Part shown: positions 41,056-56,548 of the stretch, in pieces
Position numbering within the stretch: position 1 is the stretch's first letter
How the letters are laid out: the number at the start of each line of letters is the position of its first letter
Assembly: GCF_009914755.1 (NCBI RefSeq)
Contig: NC_060925.1
DNA length: 64,000 bases
DNA from: the human T2T-CHM13v2.0 reference genome, Homo sapiens
Direction: 5' to 3' (one strand)
The notes under the pieces: model-generated
Told to the model about the DNA's origin: nothing
Seen by the model: the letters and a program-made list of their open reading frames with translations, nothing else
Databases searched by the model: none
Translations under genes and position numbers: made by a program

Positions 41056-44000
41056 ATGGAATCGTCATCGAATGAATTGACTGCAATCATCGAATGGTCT
41101 CGAATGGAATCATCTTCAAATGGAATGGAATGGAATCATCGCATAGAATCGAATGGAATTATCATCGAATGGAATCGAATGGAATCAACATCAAACGGAA
41201 AAAAACAGAATTATCGTATGGAATCTAAGAGAATCATCGAATGGACCCGAATGGAATCATCTAATGGAATGGAATGGAATAATCCATGGACTCGAATGCA
41301 ATCATCATCGAATGGAATCGAATGGAATCATCAAATGGACTCGAATGGAATAATCATTGAACGGAATCGAATGGAATCATCATCGGATGGAAATGAATGG
41401 AATCATCATCGAATGGAATCGAATAGAATTATGGAATGAAATCCAGTGTGATCATCATCGAATGGACCCGAATGGAATCATCATCCAACGGAAGCTAATG
41501 GAATCAACATCGAATGAATCGAATGGAAACACCATCGAATTGAAACGAATGGAATTATCATGAAATTGAAATGGATGGACACATCATCGAATGGATTCGA
41601 ATGGAATCATCGAATAAAATTGATTGAAATCATCATCAAATGGAATCGAATGGTATCATTGAATGGAATCGAATGGAATCATCATCAGATGGAAATGAAT
41701 GGAATCGTCATAGAATGGAATCGAATGGATTCATTGAATGGAATCAGATGGAATCATCGAATGGACTGGAATGGAATCATTGAATGGACTCGAAAGGGAT
41801 CATGATTGAATGGAATTGAATGGAATCATCGAATGGTCTCGATTGGAATCATTATCAAATGGAATCGAATGGAATCACCGAATAGAATCGAATGGAACAA
41901 TCATCGAATGGACTCAAATGGAATTATCCTCAAATGGAATCGTATGGAATTATCGAATGCAATCGAATGGAATTATCGAATGCAATCGAATAGAATCATC
42001 GAATGGACTCGAATGGAATCATCGAATGGAATGGAATGGAACAGTCAATGAACTCGAATGGAATCATCATTGAATGGAATCGAATGGAATCATCGAGTGG
42101 AATCGAATGGAATTATGATCAAATGGAATCGAATGTAATCATCATCAAATGGAATCAAAAATAACCATCATCAATTGGTATTGAATGGAATTGTCATCAA
42201 ATGGAATTCAAAGGAATCATCATCAAATGGAACCGAATGGAATCCTCATTGAATGGAAATGAAAGGGGTCATCATCTAATGGAATCGCATGGAATCATCA
42301 TCAAATGGAATCGAATGGAATCATCATCAAATGGAATCTAATGGAATCATTGAACAGAATTGAATGGAATCGTCATCGAATGAATTGAATGCAATCATCG
42401 AATGGTCTCGAATGGAATCATCTTCTAATGGAAAGGAATGGAATCATCGCATAGAATCGAATGGAATTATCATCGAATGGAATCGAATGGTATCAACACC
42501 AAACGGAAAAAAACGGAATTATCGAATGGAATCGAAGAGAATCTTCGAACGGACCCGAATGGAATCATCTAATGGAATGGAATGGAATAATCCATGGACT
42601 CGAATGCAATCATCATCGAATGGAATCGAATGGAATCATCGAATGGACTCGAATGGAATAATCATTGAACGGAATCGAATGGAATCATCATCGGATGGAA
42701 ATGAATGGAATCATCATCGAATGGAAATGAAAGGAGTCATCATCTAATGGAATTGCATGGAATCATCATAAAATGGAATCGAATGGAATCAACATCAAAT
42801 GGAATCAAATGGAATCATTGAACGGAATTGAATGGAATCGTCATCGAATGAATTGACTGCAATCATCGAATGGTCTCGAATGGAATCATCTTCAAATGGA
42901 ATGGAATGGAATCATCGCATAGAATCGAATGGAATTATCATCGAATGGAATCGAATGGAATCAACATCAAACGGAAAAAAACGGAATTATCGAATGGAAT
43001 CGAAGAGAATCATCGAATGGACCCGAATGGAATCATCTAATGGAATGGAATGGAATAATCCATGGACTCGAATGCAATCATCATCGAATGGAATCGAATG
43101 GAATCATCGAATGGACTCGAATGGAATAATCATTGAACGGAATCGAATGGAATCATCATCGGATGGAAATGAATGGAATCATCATCGAATGGAATCGAAT
43201 AGAATTATGGAATGAAATCCAGTGTGATCATCATCGAATGGACCCGAATGGAATCATCATCCAACGGAAGCTAATGGAATCAACATCGAATGAATCGAAT
43301 GGAAACACCATCGAATTGAAACGAATGGAATTATCATGAAATTGAAATGGATGGACTCATCATCGAATGGATTCGAATGGAATCATCGAATAAAATTGAT
43401 TGAAATCATCATCCAATGGAATCGAATGGTATCATTGAATGGAATCGAATGGAATCATCATCAGATGGAAATGAATGGAATCGTCATAGAATGGAATCGA
43501 ATGGATTCATTGAATGGAATCAGATGGAATCATCGAATGGACTGGAATGGAATCATTGAATGGACTCGAAAGGGATCATGATTGAATGGAATTGAATGGA
43601 ATCATCGAATGGTCTCGATTGGAATCATTACCAAATGGAATCGAATGGAATCACCGAATAGAATCGAATGGAACAATCATCGAATGGACTCAAATGGAAT
43701 TATCCTCAAATGGAATCGAATGGAATTATCGAATGCAATCGAATGGAATTATCGAATGCAATCGAATAGAATCATCGAATGGACTCGAATGGAATCATCG
43801 AATGGAATGGAATGGAACAGTCAATGAACTCGAATGGAATCATCATTGAATGGAATCGAATGGAATCATCGAGTGGAATCGAATGGAATTATGATCAAAT
43901 GGAATCGAATGTAATCATCATCAAATGGAATCAAAAATAACCATCATCAATTGGTATTGAATGGAATTGTCATCAAATGGAATTCAAAGGAATCATCATC

Positions 44001-44139
44001 AAATGGAACCGAATGGAATCCTCATTGAATGGAAATGAAAGGGGTCATCATCTAATGGAATCGCATGGAATCATCATCAAATGGAATCGAATGGAATCAT
44101 CATCAAATGGAATCAAATGGAATCATTGAACGGAATTGA

Positions 44140-45447
44140 ATGGAATCGTCATCGAATGAATTGACTGCAATCATCGAATGGTCTCGAATGGAATCATCTT
44201 CAAATGGAATGGAATGGAATCATCGCATAGAATCGAATGGAATTATCATCGAATGGAATCGAATGGAATCAACATCAAACGGAAAAAAACGGAATTATCG
44301 TATGGAATCTAAGAGAATCATCGAATGGACCCGAATGGAATCATCTAATGGAATGGAATGGAATAATCCATGGACTCGAATGCAATCATCATCGAATGGA
44401 ATCGAATGGAATCATCGAATGGACTCGAATGGAATAATCATTGAACGGAATCGAATGGAATCATCATCGGATGGAAATGAATGGAATCATCATCGAATGG
44501 AATCGAATAGAATTATGGAATGAAATCCAGTGTGATCATCATCGAATGGACCCGAATGGAATCATCATCCAACGGAAGCTAATGGAATCAACATCGAATG
44601 AATCGAATGGAAACACCATCGAATTGAAACGAATGGAATTATCATGAAATTGAAATGGATGGACACATCATCGAATGGATTCGAATGGAATCATCGAATA
44701 AAATTGATTGAAATCATCATCCAATGGAATCGAATGGTATCATTGAATGGAATCGAATGGAATCATCATCAGATGGAAATGAATGGAATCGTCATGGAAT
44801 GGAATCGAATGGATTCATTGAATGGAATCAGATGGAATCATCGAATGGACTGGAATGGAATCATTGAATGGACTCGAAAGGGATCATTATTGAATGGAAT
44901 TGAATGGAATCATCGAATGGTCTCGATTGGAATCATTACCAAATGGAATCGAATGGAATCACCGAATAGAATCGAATGGAACAATCATCGAATGGACTCA
45001 AATGGAATTATCCTCCAATGGAATCGAATGGAATTATCGAATGCAATCGAATGGAATTATCGAATGCAATCGAATAGAATCATCGAATGGACTCGAATGG
45101 AATCATCGAATGGAATGGAATGGAACAGTCAATGAACTCGAATGGAATCATCATTGAATGGAATCGAATGGAATCATCGAGTGGAATCGAATGGAATTAT
45201 GATCAAATGGAATCTAATGGAATCATCATCAAATGGAATCAAAAATAACCATCATCAATTGGTATTGAATGGAATTGTCATCAAATGGAATTCAAAGGAA
45301 TCATCATCAAATGGAACCGAATGGAATCCTCATTGAATGGAAATGAAAGGGGTCATCATCTAATGGAATCGCATGGAATCATCATCAAATGGAATCGAAT
45401 GGAATCATCATCAAATGGAATCTAATGGAATCATTGAACAGAATTGA
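44140..45447 (+). repeat. 1308-bp unit lacking the B block
   Basis: A-type starts 42832 and 44140 are 1308 apart. The lead-in switches from B-type (atcatcatcaaatgg) to A-type (aatcaaatgg, aacgg) at about 44100-44115. Confidence 0.9.
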
Positions 45448-48400
45448 ATGGAATCGTCATCGAATGAATTGAATGCAATCATCGAATGGTCTCGAATGGA
45501 ATCATCTTCTAATGGAAAGGAATGGAATCATCGCATAGAATCGAATGGAATTATCATCGAATGGAATCGAATGGTATCAACACCAAACGGAAAAAAACGG
45601 AATTATCGAATGGAATCGAAGAGAATCTTCGAACGGACCCGAATGGAATCATCTAATGGAATGGAATGGAATAATCCATGGACTCGAATGCAATCATCAT
45701 CGAATGGAATCGAATGGAATCATCGAATGGACTCGAATGGAATAATCATTGAACGGAATCGAATGGAATCATCATCGGATGGAAATGAATGGAATCATCA
45801 TCGAATGGAAATGAAAGGAGTCATCATCTAATGGAATTGCATGGAATCATCATAAAATGGAATCGAATGGAATCAACCTCAAATGGAATCAAATGGAATC
45901 ATTGAACGGAATTGAATGGAATCGTCATCGAATGAATTGACTGCAATCATCGAATGGTCTCGAATGGAATCATCTTCAAATGGAATGGAATGGAATCATC
46001 GCATAGAATCGAATGGAATTATCATCGAATGGAATCGAATGGAATCAACATCAAACGGAAAAAAACGGAATTATCGAATGGAATCGAAGAGAATCATCGA
46101 ATGGACCCGAATGGAATCATCTAATGGAATGGAATGGAATAATCCATGGACTCGAATGCAATCATCATCGAATGGAATCGAATGGAATCATCGAATGGAC
46201 TCGAATGGAATAATCATTGAACGGAATCGAATGGAATCATCATCGGATGGAAATGAATGGAATCATCATCGAATGGAATCGAATAGAATTATGGAATGAA
46301 ATCCAGTGTGATCATCATCGAATGGACCCGAATGGAATCATCATCCAACGGAAGCTAATGGAATCAACATCGAATGAATCGAATGGAAACACCATCGAAT
46401 TGAAACGAATGGAATTATCATGAAATTGAAATGGATGGACTCATCATCGAATGGATTCGAATGGAATCATCGAATAAAATTGATTGAAATCATCATCCAA
46501 TGGAATCGAATGGTATCATTGAATGGAATCGAATGGAATCATCATCAGATGGAAATGAATGGAATCGTCATAGAATGGAATCGAATGGATTCATTGAATG
46601 GAATCAGATGGAATCATCGAATGGACTGGAATGGAATCATTGAATGGACTCGAAAGGGATCATGATTGAATGGAATTGAATGGAATCATCGAATGGTCTC
46701 GATTGGAATCATTATCAAATGGAATCGAATGGAATCACCGAATAGAATCGAATGGAACAATCATCGAATGGACTCAAATGGAATTATCCTCAAATGGAAT
46801 CGAATGGAATTATCGAATGCAATCGAATGGAATTATCGAATGCAATCGAATAGAATCATCGAATGGACTCGAATGGAATCATCGAATGGAATGGAATGGA
46901 ACAGTCAATGAACTCGAATGGAATCATCATTGAATGGAATCGAATGGAATCATCGAGTGGAATCGAATGGAATTATGATCAAATGGAATCGAATGTAATC
47001 ATCATCAAATGGAATCAAAAATAACCATCATCAATTGGTATTGAATGGAATTGTCATCAAATGGAATTCAAAGGAATCATCATCAAATGGAACCGAATGG
47101 AATCCTCATTGAATGGAAATGAAAGGGGTCATCATCTAATGGAATCGCATGGAATCATCATCAAATGGAATCGAATGGAATCATCATCAAATGGAATCTA
47201 ATGGAATCATTGAACAGAATTGAATGGAATCGTCATCGAATGAATTGAATGCAATCATCGAATGGTCTCGAATGGAATCATCTTCTAATGGAAAGGAATG
47301 GAATCATCGCATAGAATCGAATGGAATTATCATCGAATGGAATCGAATGGTATCAACACCAAAGGGAAAAATACGGAATTATCGAATGGAATCGAAGAGA
47401 ATCTTCGAACGGACCCGAATGGAATCATCTAATGGAATGGAATGGAATAATCCATGGACTCGAATGCAATCATCATCGAATGGAATGGAATGGAATCATC
47501 GAATGGACTCGAATGGAATAATAATTGAACGGAATCGAATGGAATCATCATCGGATGGAAACGAATGGAATCATCATCGAATGGAAATGAAAGGAGTCAT
47601 CATCTAATGGAATTGCATGGAATCATCATAAAATGGAATCGAATGGAATCAACATCAAATGGAATCAAATGGAATCATTGAACGGAATTGAATGGAATCG
47701 TCATCGAATGAATTGACTGCAATCATCGAATGGTCTCGAATGGAATCATCTTCAAATGGAATGGAATGGAATCATCGCATAGAATCGAATGGAATTATCA
47801 TCGAATGGAATCGAATGGAATCAACATCAAACGGAAAAAAACGGAATTATCGAATGGAATTGAAGAGAATCATCGAATGGACCCGAATGGAATCATCTAA
47901 TGGAATGGAATGGAATAATCCATGGACTCGAATGCAATCATCATCGAATGGAATCGAATGGAATCATCGAATGGACTCGAATGGAATAATCATTGAACGG
48001 AATCGAATGGAATCATCATCGGATGGAAATGAATGGAATCATCATCGAATGGAATCGAATATAATTATGGAATGAAATCCAGTGTGATCATCATCGAATG
48101 GACCCGAATGGAATCATCATCCAACGGAAGCTAATGGAATCAACATCGAATGAATCGAATGGAAACACCATCGAATTGAAACGAATGGAATTATCATGAA
48201 ATTGAAATGGATGGACTCATCATCGAATGGATTCGAATGGAATCATCGAATAAAATTGATTGAAATCATCATCCAATGGAATCGAATGGTATCATTGAAT
48301 GGAAACGAATGGAATCATCATCAGATGGAAATGAATGGAATCGTCATAGAATGGAATCGAATGGATTCATTGAATGGAATCAGATGGAATCATCGAATGG

Positions 48401-51400
48401 ACTGGAATGGAATCATTGAATGGACTCGAAAGGGATCATGATTGAATGGAATTGAATGGAATCATCGAATGGTCTCGATTGGAATCATTATCAAATGGAA
48501 TCGAATGGAATCACCGAATACAATCGAATGGAACAATCATCGAATGGACTCAAATGGAATTATCCTCCAATGGAATCGAATGGAATTATCGAATGCAATC
48601 GAATGGAATTATCGAATGCAATCGAATAGAATCATCGAATGGACTCGAATGGAATCATCGAATGGAATGGAATGGAACAGTCAATGAACTCGAATGGAAT
48701 CATCATTGAATGGAATCGAATGGAATCATCGAGTGGAATCGAATGGAATTATGATCAAATGGAATCGAATGTAATCATCATCAAATGGAATCAAAAATAA
48801 CCATCATCAATTGGTATTGAATGGAATTGTCATCAAATGGAATTCAAAGGAATCATCATCAAATGGAACCGAATGGAATCCTCATTGAATGGAAATGAAA
48901 GGGGTCATCATCTAATGGAATCGCATGGAATCATCATCAAATGGAATCGAATGGAATCATCATCAAATGGAATCTAATGGAATCATTGAACAGAATTGAA
49001 TGGAATCGTCATCGAATGAATTGAATGCAATCATCGAATGGTCTCGAATGGAATCATCTTCTAATGGAAAGGAATGGAATCATCGCATAGAATCGAATGG
49101 AATTATCATCGAATGGAATCAAATGGTATCAACACCAAACGGAAAAAAACGGAATTATCGAATGGAATCGAAGAGAATCTTCGAACGGACCCGAATGGAA
49201 TCATCTAATGGAATGGAATGGAATAATCCATGGACTCGAATGCAATCATCATCGAATGGAATGGAATGGAATCATCGAATGGACTCGAATGGAATAATCA
49301 TTGAACGGAATCGAATGGAATCATCATCGGATGGAAACGAATGGAATCATCATCGAATGGAAATGAAAGGAGTCATCATCTAATGGAATTGCATGGAATC
49401 ATCATAAAATGGAATCGAATGGAATCAACATCAAATGGAATCAAATGGAATCATTGAACGGAATTGAATGGAATCGTCATCGAATGAATTGACTGCAATC
49501 ATCGAATGGTCTCGAATGGAATCATCTTCAAATGGAATGGAATGGAATCATCGCATAGAATCGAATGGAATTATCATCGAATGGAATCGAATGGAATCAA
49601 CATCAAATGGAAAAAAACGGAATTATCGAATGGAATCGAAGAGAATCATCGAATGGACCCGAATGGAATCATCTAATGGAATGGAATGGAATAATCCATG
49701 GACTCGAATGCAATCATCATCGAATGGAATCGAATGGAATCATCGAATGGACTCGAATGGAATAATCATTGAACGGAATCGAATGGAATCATCATCGGAT
49801 GGAAATGAATGGAATCATCATCGAATGGAATCGAATAGAATTATGGAATGAAATCCAGTGTGATCATCATCGAATGGACCCGAATGGAATCATCATCCAA
49901 CGGAAGCTAATGGAATCAACATCGAATGAATCGAATGGAAACACCATCGAATTGAAACGAATGGAATTATCATGAAATTGAAATGGATGGACTCATCATC
50001 GAATGGATTCGAATGGAATCATCGAATAAAATTGATTGAAATCATCATCGAATGGAATCGAATGGTATCATTGAATGGAATCGAATGGAATCATCATCAG
50101 ATGGAAATGAATGGAATCGTCATAGAATGGAATCGAATGGATTCATTGAATGGAATCAGATGGAATCATCGAATGGACTGGAATGGAATCATTGAATGGA
50201 CTCGAAAGGGATCATGATTGAATGGAATTGAATGGAATCATCGAATGGTCTCGATTGGAATCATTATCAAATGGAATCGAATGGAATCACCGAATAGAAT
50301 CGAATGGAACAATCATCGAATGGACTCAAATGGAATTATCCTCAAATGGAATCGAATGGAATTATCGAATGCAATCGAATGGAATTATCGAATGCAATCG
50401 AATAGAATCATCGAAAGGACTCGAATGGAATCATCGAATGGAATGGAATGGAACAGTCAATGAACTCGAATGGAATCATCATTGAATGGAATCGAATGGA
50501 ATCATCGAGTGGAATCGAATGGAATTATGATCAAATGGAATCTAATGGAATCATCATCAAATGGAATCAAAAATAACCATCATCAATTGGTATTGAATGG
50601 AATTGTCATCAAATGGAATTCAAAGGAATCATCATCAAATGGAACCGAATGGAATCCTCATTGAATGGAAATGAAAGGGGTCATCATCTAATGGAATCGC
50701 ATGGAATCATCATCAAATGGAATCGAATGGAATCATCATCAAATGGAATCTAATGGAATCATTGAACAGAATTGAATGGAATCGTCATCGAATGAATTGA
50801 ATGCAATCATCGAATGGTCTCGAATGGAATCATCTTCTAATGGAAAGGAATGGAATCATCGCATAGAATCGAATGGAATTATCATCGAATGGAATCAAAT
50901 GGTATCAACACCAAACGGAAAAAAACGGAATTATCGAATGGAATCGAAGAGAATCTTCGAACGGACCCGAATGGAATCATCTAATGGAATGGAATGGAAT
51001 AATCCATGGACTCGAATGCAATCATCATCGAATGGAATGGAATGGAATCATCGAATGGACTCGAATGGAATAATCATTGAACGGAATCGAATGGAATCAT
51101 CATCGGATGGAAACGAATGGAATCATCATCGAATGGAAATGAAAGGAGTCATCATCTAATGGAATTGCATGGAATCATCATAAAATGGAATCGAATGGAA
51201 TCAACATCAAATGGAATCAAATGGAATCATTGAACGGAATTGAATGGAATCGTCATCGAATGAATTGACTGCAATCATCGAATGGTCTCGAATGGAATCA
51301 TCTTCAAATGGAATGGAATGGAATCATCGCATAGAATCGAATGGAATTATCATCGAATGGAATCGAATGGAATCAACATCAAACGGAAAAAAACGGAATT

Positions 51401-54400
51401 ATCGAATGGAATCGAAGAGAATCATCGAATGGACCCGAATGGAATCATCTAATGGAATGGAATGGAATAATCCATGGACTCGAATGCAATCATCATCGAA
51501 TGGAATGGAATGGAATCATCGAATGGACTCGAATGGAATAATCATTGAACGGAATCGAATGGAATCATCATCGGATGGAAATGAATGGAATCATCATCGA
51601 ATGGAATCGAATAGAATTATGGAATGAAATCCAGTGTGATCATCATCGAATGGACCCGAATGGAATCATCATCCAACGGAAGCTAATGGAATCAACATCG
51701 AATGAATCGAATGGAAACACCATCGAATTGAAACGAATGGAATTATCATGAAATTGAAATGGATGGACTCATCATCGAATGGATTCGAATGGAATAATCG
51801 AATAAAATTGATTGAAATCATTATCCAATGGAATCGAATGGTATCATTGAATGGAATCGAATGGAATCATCATCAGATGGAAATGAATGGAATCGTCATA
51901 GAATGGAATCGAATGGATTCATTGAATGGAATCAGATGGAATCATCGAATGGACTGGAATGGAATCATTGAATGGACTCGAAAGGGATCATGATTGAATG
52001 GAATTGAATGGAATCATCGAATGGTCTCGATTGGAATCATTATCAAATGGAATCGAATGGAATCACCAAATAGAATCGAATGGAACAATCATCGAATGGA
52101 CTCAAATGGAATTATCCTCAAATGGAATCGAATGGAATTATCGAATGCAATCGAATGGAATTATCGAATGCAATCGAATAGAATCATCGAAAGGACTCGA
52201 ATGGAATCATCGAATGGAATGGAATGGAACAGTCAATGAACTCGAATGGAATCATCATTGAATGGAATCGAATGGAATCATCGAGTGGAATCGAATGGAA
52301 TTATGATCAAATGGAATCGAATGTAATCATCATCAAATGGAATCAAAAATAACCATCATCAATTGGTATTGAATGGAATTGTCATCAAATGGAATTCAAA
52401 GGAATCATCATCAAATGGAACCGAATGGAATCCTCATTGAATGGAAATGAAAGGGGTCATCATCTAATGGAATCGCATGGAATCATCATCAAATGGAATC
52501 GAATGGAATCATCATCAAATGGAATCTAATGGAATCATTGAACAGAATTGAATGGAATCGTCATCGAATGAATTGAATGCAATCATCGAATGGTCTCGAA
52601 TGGAATCATCTTCTAATGGAAAGGAATGGAATCATCGCATAGAATCGAATGGAATTATCATCGAATGGAATCGAATGGTATCAACACCAAACGGAAAAAA
52701 ACGGAATTATCGAATGGAATCGAAGAGAATCTTCGAACGGACCCGAATGGAATCATCTAATGGAATGGAATGGAATAATCCATGGACTCGAATGCAATCA
52801 TCATCGAATGGAATGGAATGGAATCATCGAATGGACTCGAATGGAATAATCATTGAACGGAATCGAATGGAATCATCATCGGATGGAAACGAATGGAATC
52901 ATCATCGAATGGAAATGAAAGGAGTCATCATCTAATGGAATTGCATGGAATCATCATAAAATGGAATCGAATGGAATCAACATCAAATGGAATCAAATGG
53001 AATCATTGAACGGAATTGAATGGAATCGTCATCGAATGAATTGACTGCAATCATCGAATGGTCTCGAATGGAATCATCTTCAAATGGAATGGAATGGAAT
53101 CATCGCATAGAATCGAATGGAATTATCATCGAATGGAATCGAATGGAATCAACATCAAACGGAAAAAAACAGAATTATCGTATGGAATCGAAGAGAATCA
53201 TCGAATGGACCCGAATGGAATCATCTAATGGAATGGAATGGAATAATCCATGGACTCGAATGCAATCATCATCGAATGGAATCGAATGGAATCATCGAAT
53301 GGACTCGAATGGAATAATCATTGAACGGAATCGAATGGAATCATCATCGGATGGAAATGAATGGAATCATCATCGAATGGAATCGAATAGAATTATGGAA
53401 TGAAATCCAGTGTGATCATCATCGAATGGACCCGAATGGAATCATGATCCAACGGAAGCTAATGGAATCAACATCGAATGAATCGAATGGAAACACCATC
53501 GAATTGAAACGAATGGAATTATCATGAAATTGAAATGGATGGACTCATCATCGAATGGATTCGAATGGAATCATCGAATAAAATTGATTGAAATCATCAT
53601 CGAATGAAATCGAATGGTATCATTGAATGGAATCGAATGGAATCATCATCAGATGGAAATGAATGGAATCGTCATAGAATGGAATCGAATGGATTCATTG
53701 AATGGAATCAGATGGAATCATCGAATGGACTGGAATGGAATCATTGAATGGACTCGAAAGGGATCATTATTGAATGGAATTGAATGGAATCATCGAATGG
53801 TCTCGATTGGAATCATTATCAAATGGAATCGAATGGAATCACCGAATAGAATCGAATGGAACAATCATCGAATGGACTCAAATGGAATTATCCTCAAATG
53901 GAATCGAATGGAATTATCGAATGCAATCGAATGGAATTATCGAATGCAATCGAATAGAATCATCGAATGGACTCGAATGGAATCATCGAATGGAATGGAA
54001 TGGAACAGTCAATGAACTCGAATGGAATCATCATTGAATGGAATCGAATGGAATCATCGAGTGGAATCGAATGGAATTATGATCAAATGGAATCGAATGT
54101 AATCATCATCAAATGGAATCAAAAATAACCATCATCAATTGGTATTGAATGGAATTGTCATCAAATGGAATTCAAAGGAATCATCATCAAATGGAACCGA
54201 ATGGAATCCTCATTGAATGGAAATGAAAGGGGTCATCATCTAATGGAATCGCATGGAATCATCATCAAATGGAATCGAATGGAATCATCATCAAATGGAA
54301 TCTAATGGAATCATTGAACAGAATTGAATGGAATCGTCATCGAATGAATTGAATGCAATCATCGAATGGTCTCGAATGGAATCATCTTCTAATGGAAAGC

Positions 54401-54795
54401 AATGGAATCATCGCATAGAATCGAATGGAATTATCATCGAATGGAATCGAATGGTATCAACACCAAACGGAAAAAAACGGAATTATCGAATGGAATCGAA
54501 GAGAATCTTCGAACGGACCCGAATGGAATCATCTAATGGAATGGAATGGAATAATCCATGGACTCGAATGCAATCATCATCGAATGGAATGGAATGGAAT
54601 CATCGAATGGACTCGAATGGAATAATCATTGAACGGAATCGAATGGAATCATCATCGGATGGAAACGAATGGAATCATCATCGAATGGAAATGAAAGGAG
54701 TCATCATCTAATGGAATTGCATGGAATCATCATAAAATGGAATCGAATGGAATCAACATCAAATGGAATCAAATGGAATCATTGAACGGAATTGA

Positions 54796-56548
54796 ATGGA
54801 ATCGTCATCGAATGAATTGACTGCAATCATCGAATGGTCTCGAATGGAATCATCTTCAAATGGAATGGAATGGAATCATCGCATAGAATCGAATGGAATT
54901 ATCATCGAATGGAATCGAATGGAATCAACATCAAACGGAAAAAAACGGAATTATCGAATGGAATCGAAGAGAATCATCGAATGGACCCGAATGGAATCAT
55001 CTAATGGAATGGAATGGAATAATCCATGGACTCGAATGCAATCATCATCGAATGGAATCGAATGGAATCATCGAATGGACTCGAATGGAATAATCATTGA
55101 ACGGAATCGAATGGAATCATCATCGGATGGAAATGAATGGAATCATCATCGAATGGAATCGAATAGAATTATGGAATGAAATCCAGTGTGATCATCATCG
55201 AATGGACCCGAATGGAATCATCATCCAACGGAAGCTAATGGAATCAACATCGAATGAATCGAATGGAAACACCATCGAATTGAAACGAATGGAATTATCA
55301 TGAAATTGAAATGGATGGACACATCATCGAATGGATTCGAATGGAATCATCGAATAAAATTGATTGAAATCATCATCAAATGGAATCGAATGGTATCATT
55401 GAATGGAATCGAATGGAATCATCATCAGATGGAAATGAATGGAATCGTCATAGAATGGAATCGAATGGATTCATTGAATGGAATCAGATGGAATCATCGA
55501 ATGGACTGGAATGAAATCATTGAATGGACTCGAAAGGGATCATTATTGAATGGAATTGAATGGAATCATCGAATGGTCTCGATTGGAATCATTATCAAAT
55601 GGAATCGAATGGAACAATCATTGAATGGACTCAAATGAAATTATCCTCAAATGGAATCGAATGGAATTATCGAATGCAATCGAATGGAATTATCAAATGC
55701 AATCGAATAGAATCATCGAATGGACTCGAATGGAATCATCGAATGGAATGGAATGGAACAGTCAATGAACTCGAATGGAATCATCATTGAATGGAATCGA
55801 ATGGAATCATCGAGTGGAATCGAATGGAATTATGATCAAATGGAATCGAATGTAATCATCATCAAATGGAATCAAAAATAACCATCATCAATTGGTATTG
55901 AATGGAATTGTCATCAAATGGAATTCAAAGGAATCATCATCAAATGGAACCGAATGGAATCCTCATTGAATGGAAATGAAAGGGGTCATCATCTAATGGA
56001 ATCGCATGGAATCATCATCAAATGGAATCGAATGGAATCATCATCAAATGGAATCTAATGGAATCATTGAACAGAATTGAATGGAATCGTCATCGAATGA
56101 ATTGAATGCAATCATCAAATGGTCTCGAATGGAATCATCTTCTAATGGAAAGGAATGGAATCATCGCATAGAATCGAATGGAATTATCATCGAATGGAAT
56201 CGAATGGTATCAACACCAAACGGAAAAAAACGGAATTATCGAATGGAATCGAAGAGAATCTTCGAACGGACCCGAATGGAATCATCTAATGGAATGGAAT
56301 GGAATAATCCATGGACTCGAATGCAATCATCATCGAATGGAATCGAATGGAATCATCGAATGGACTCGAATGGAATAATCATTGAACGGAATCGATTGGA
56401 ATCATCATCGGATGGAAATGAATGGAATCATCATCGAATGGAAATGAAAGGAGTCATCATCTAATGGAATTGCATGGAATCATCATAAAATGGAATCGAA
56501 TGGAATCAACATCAAATGGAATCAAATGGAATCATTGAACGGAATTGA
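54796..56548 (+). repeat. 1753-bp unit (23-bp deletion), copy 1
   Basis: The aatcaccgaatagaatcgaatgg subunit is absent at about 55610 (atcaaatggaatcgaatggaacaatc). Confidence 0.9.
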
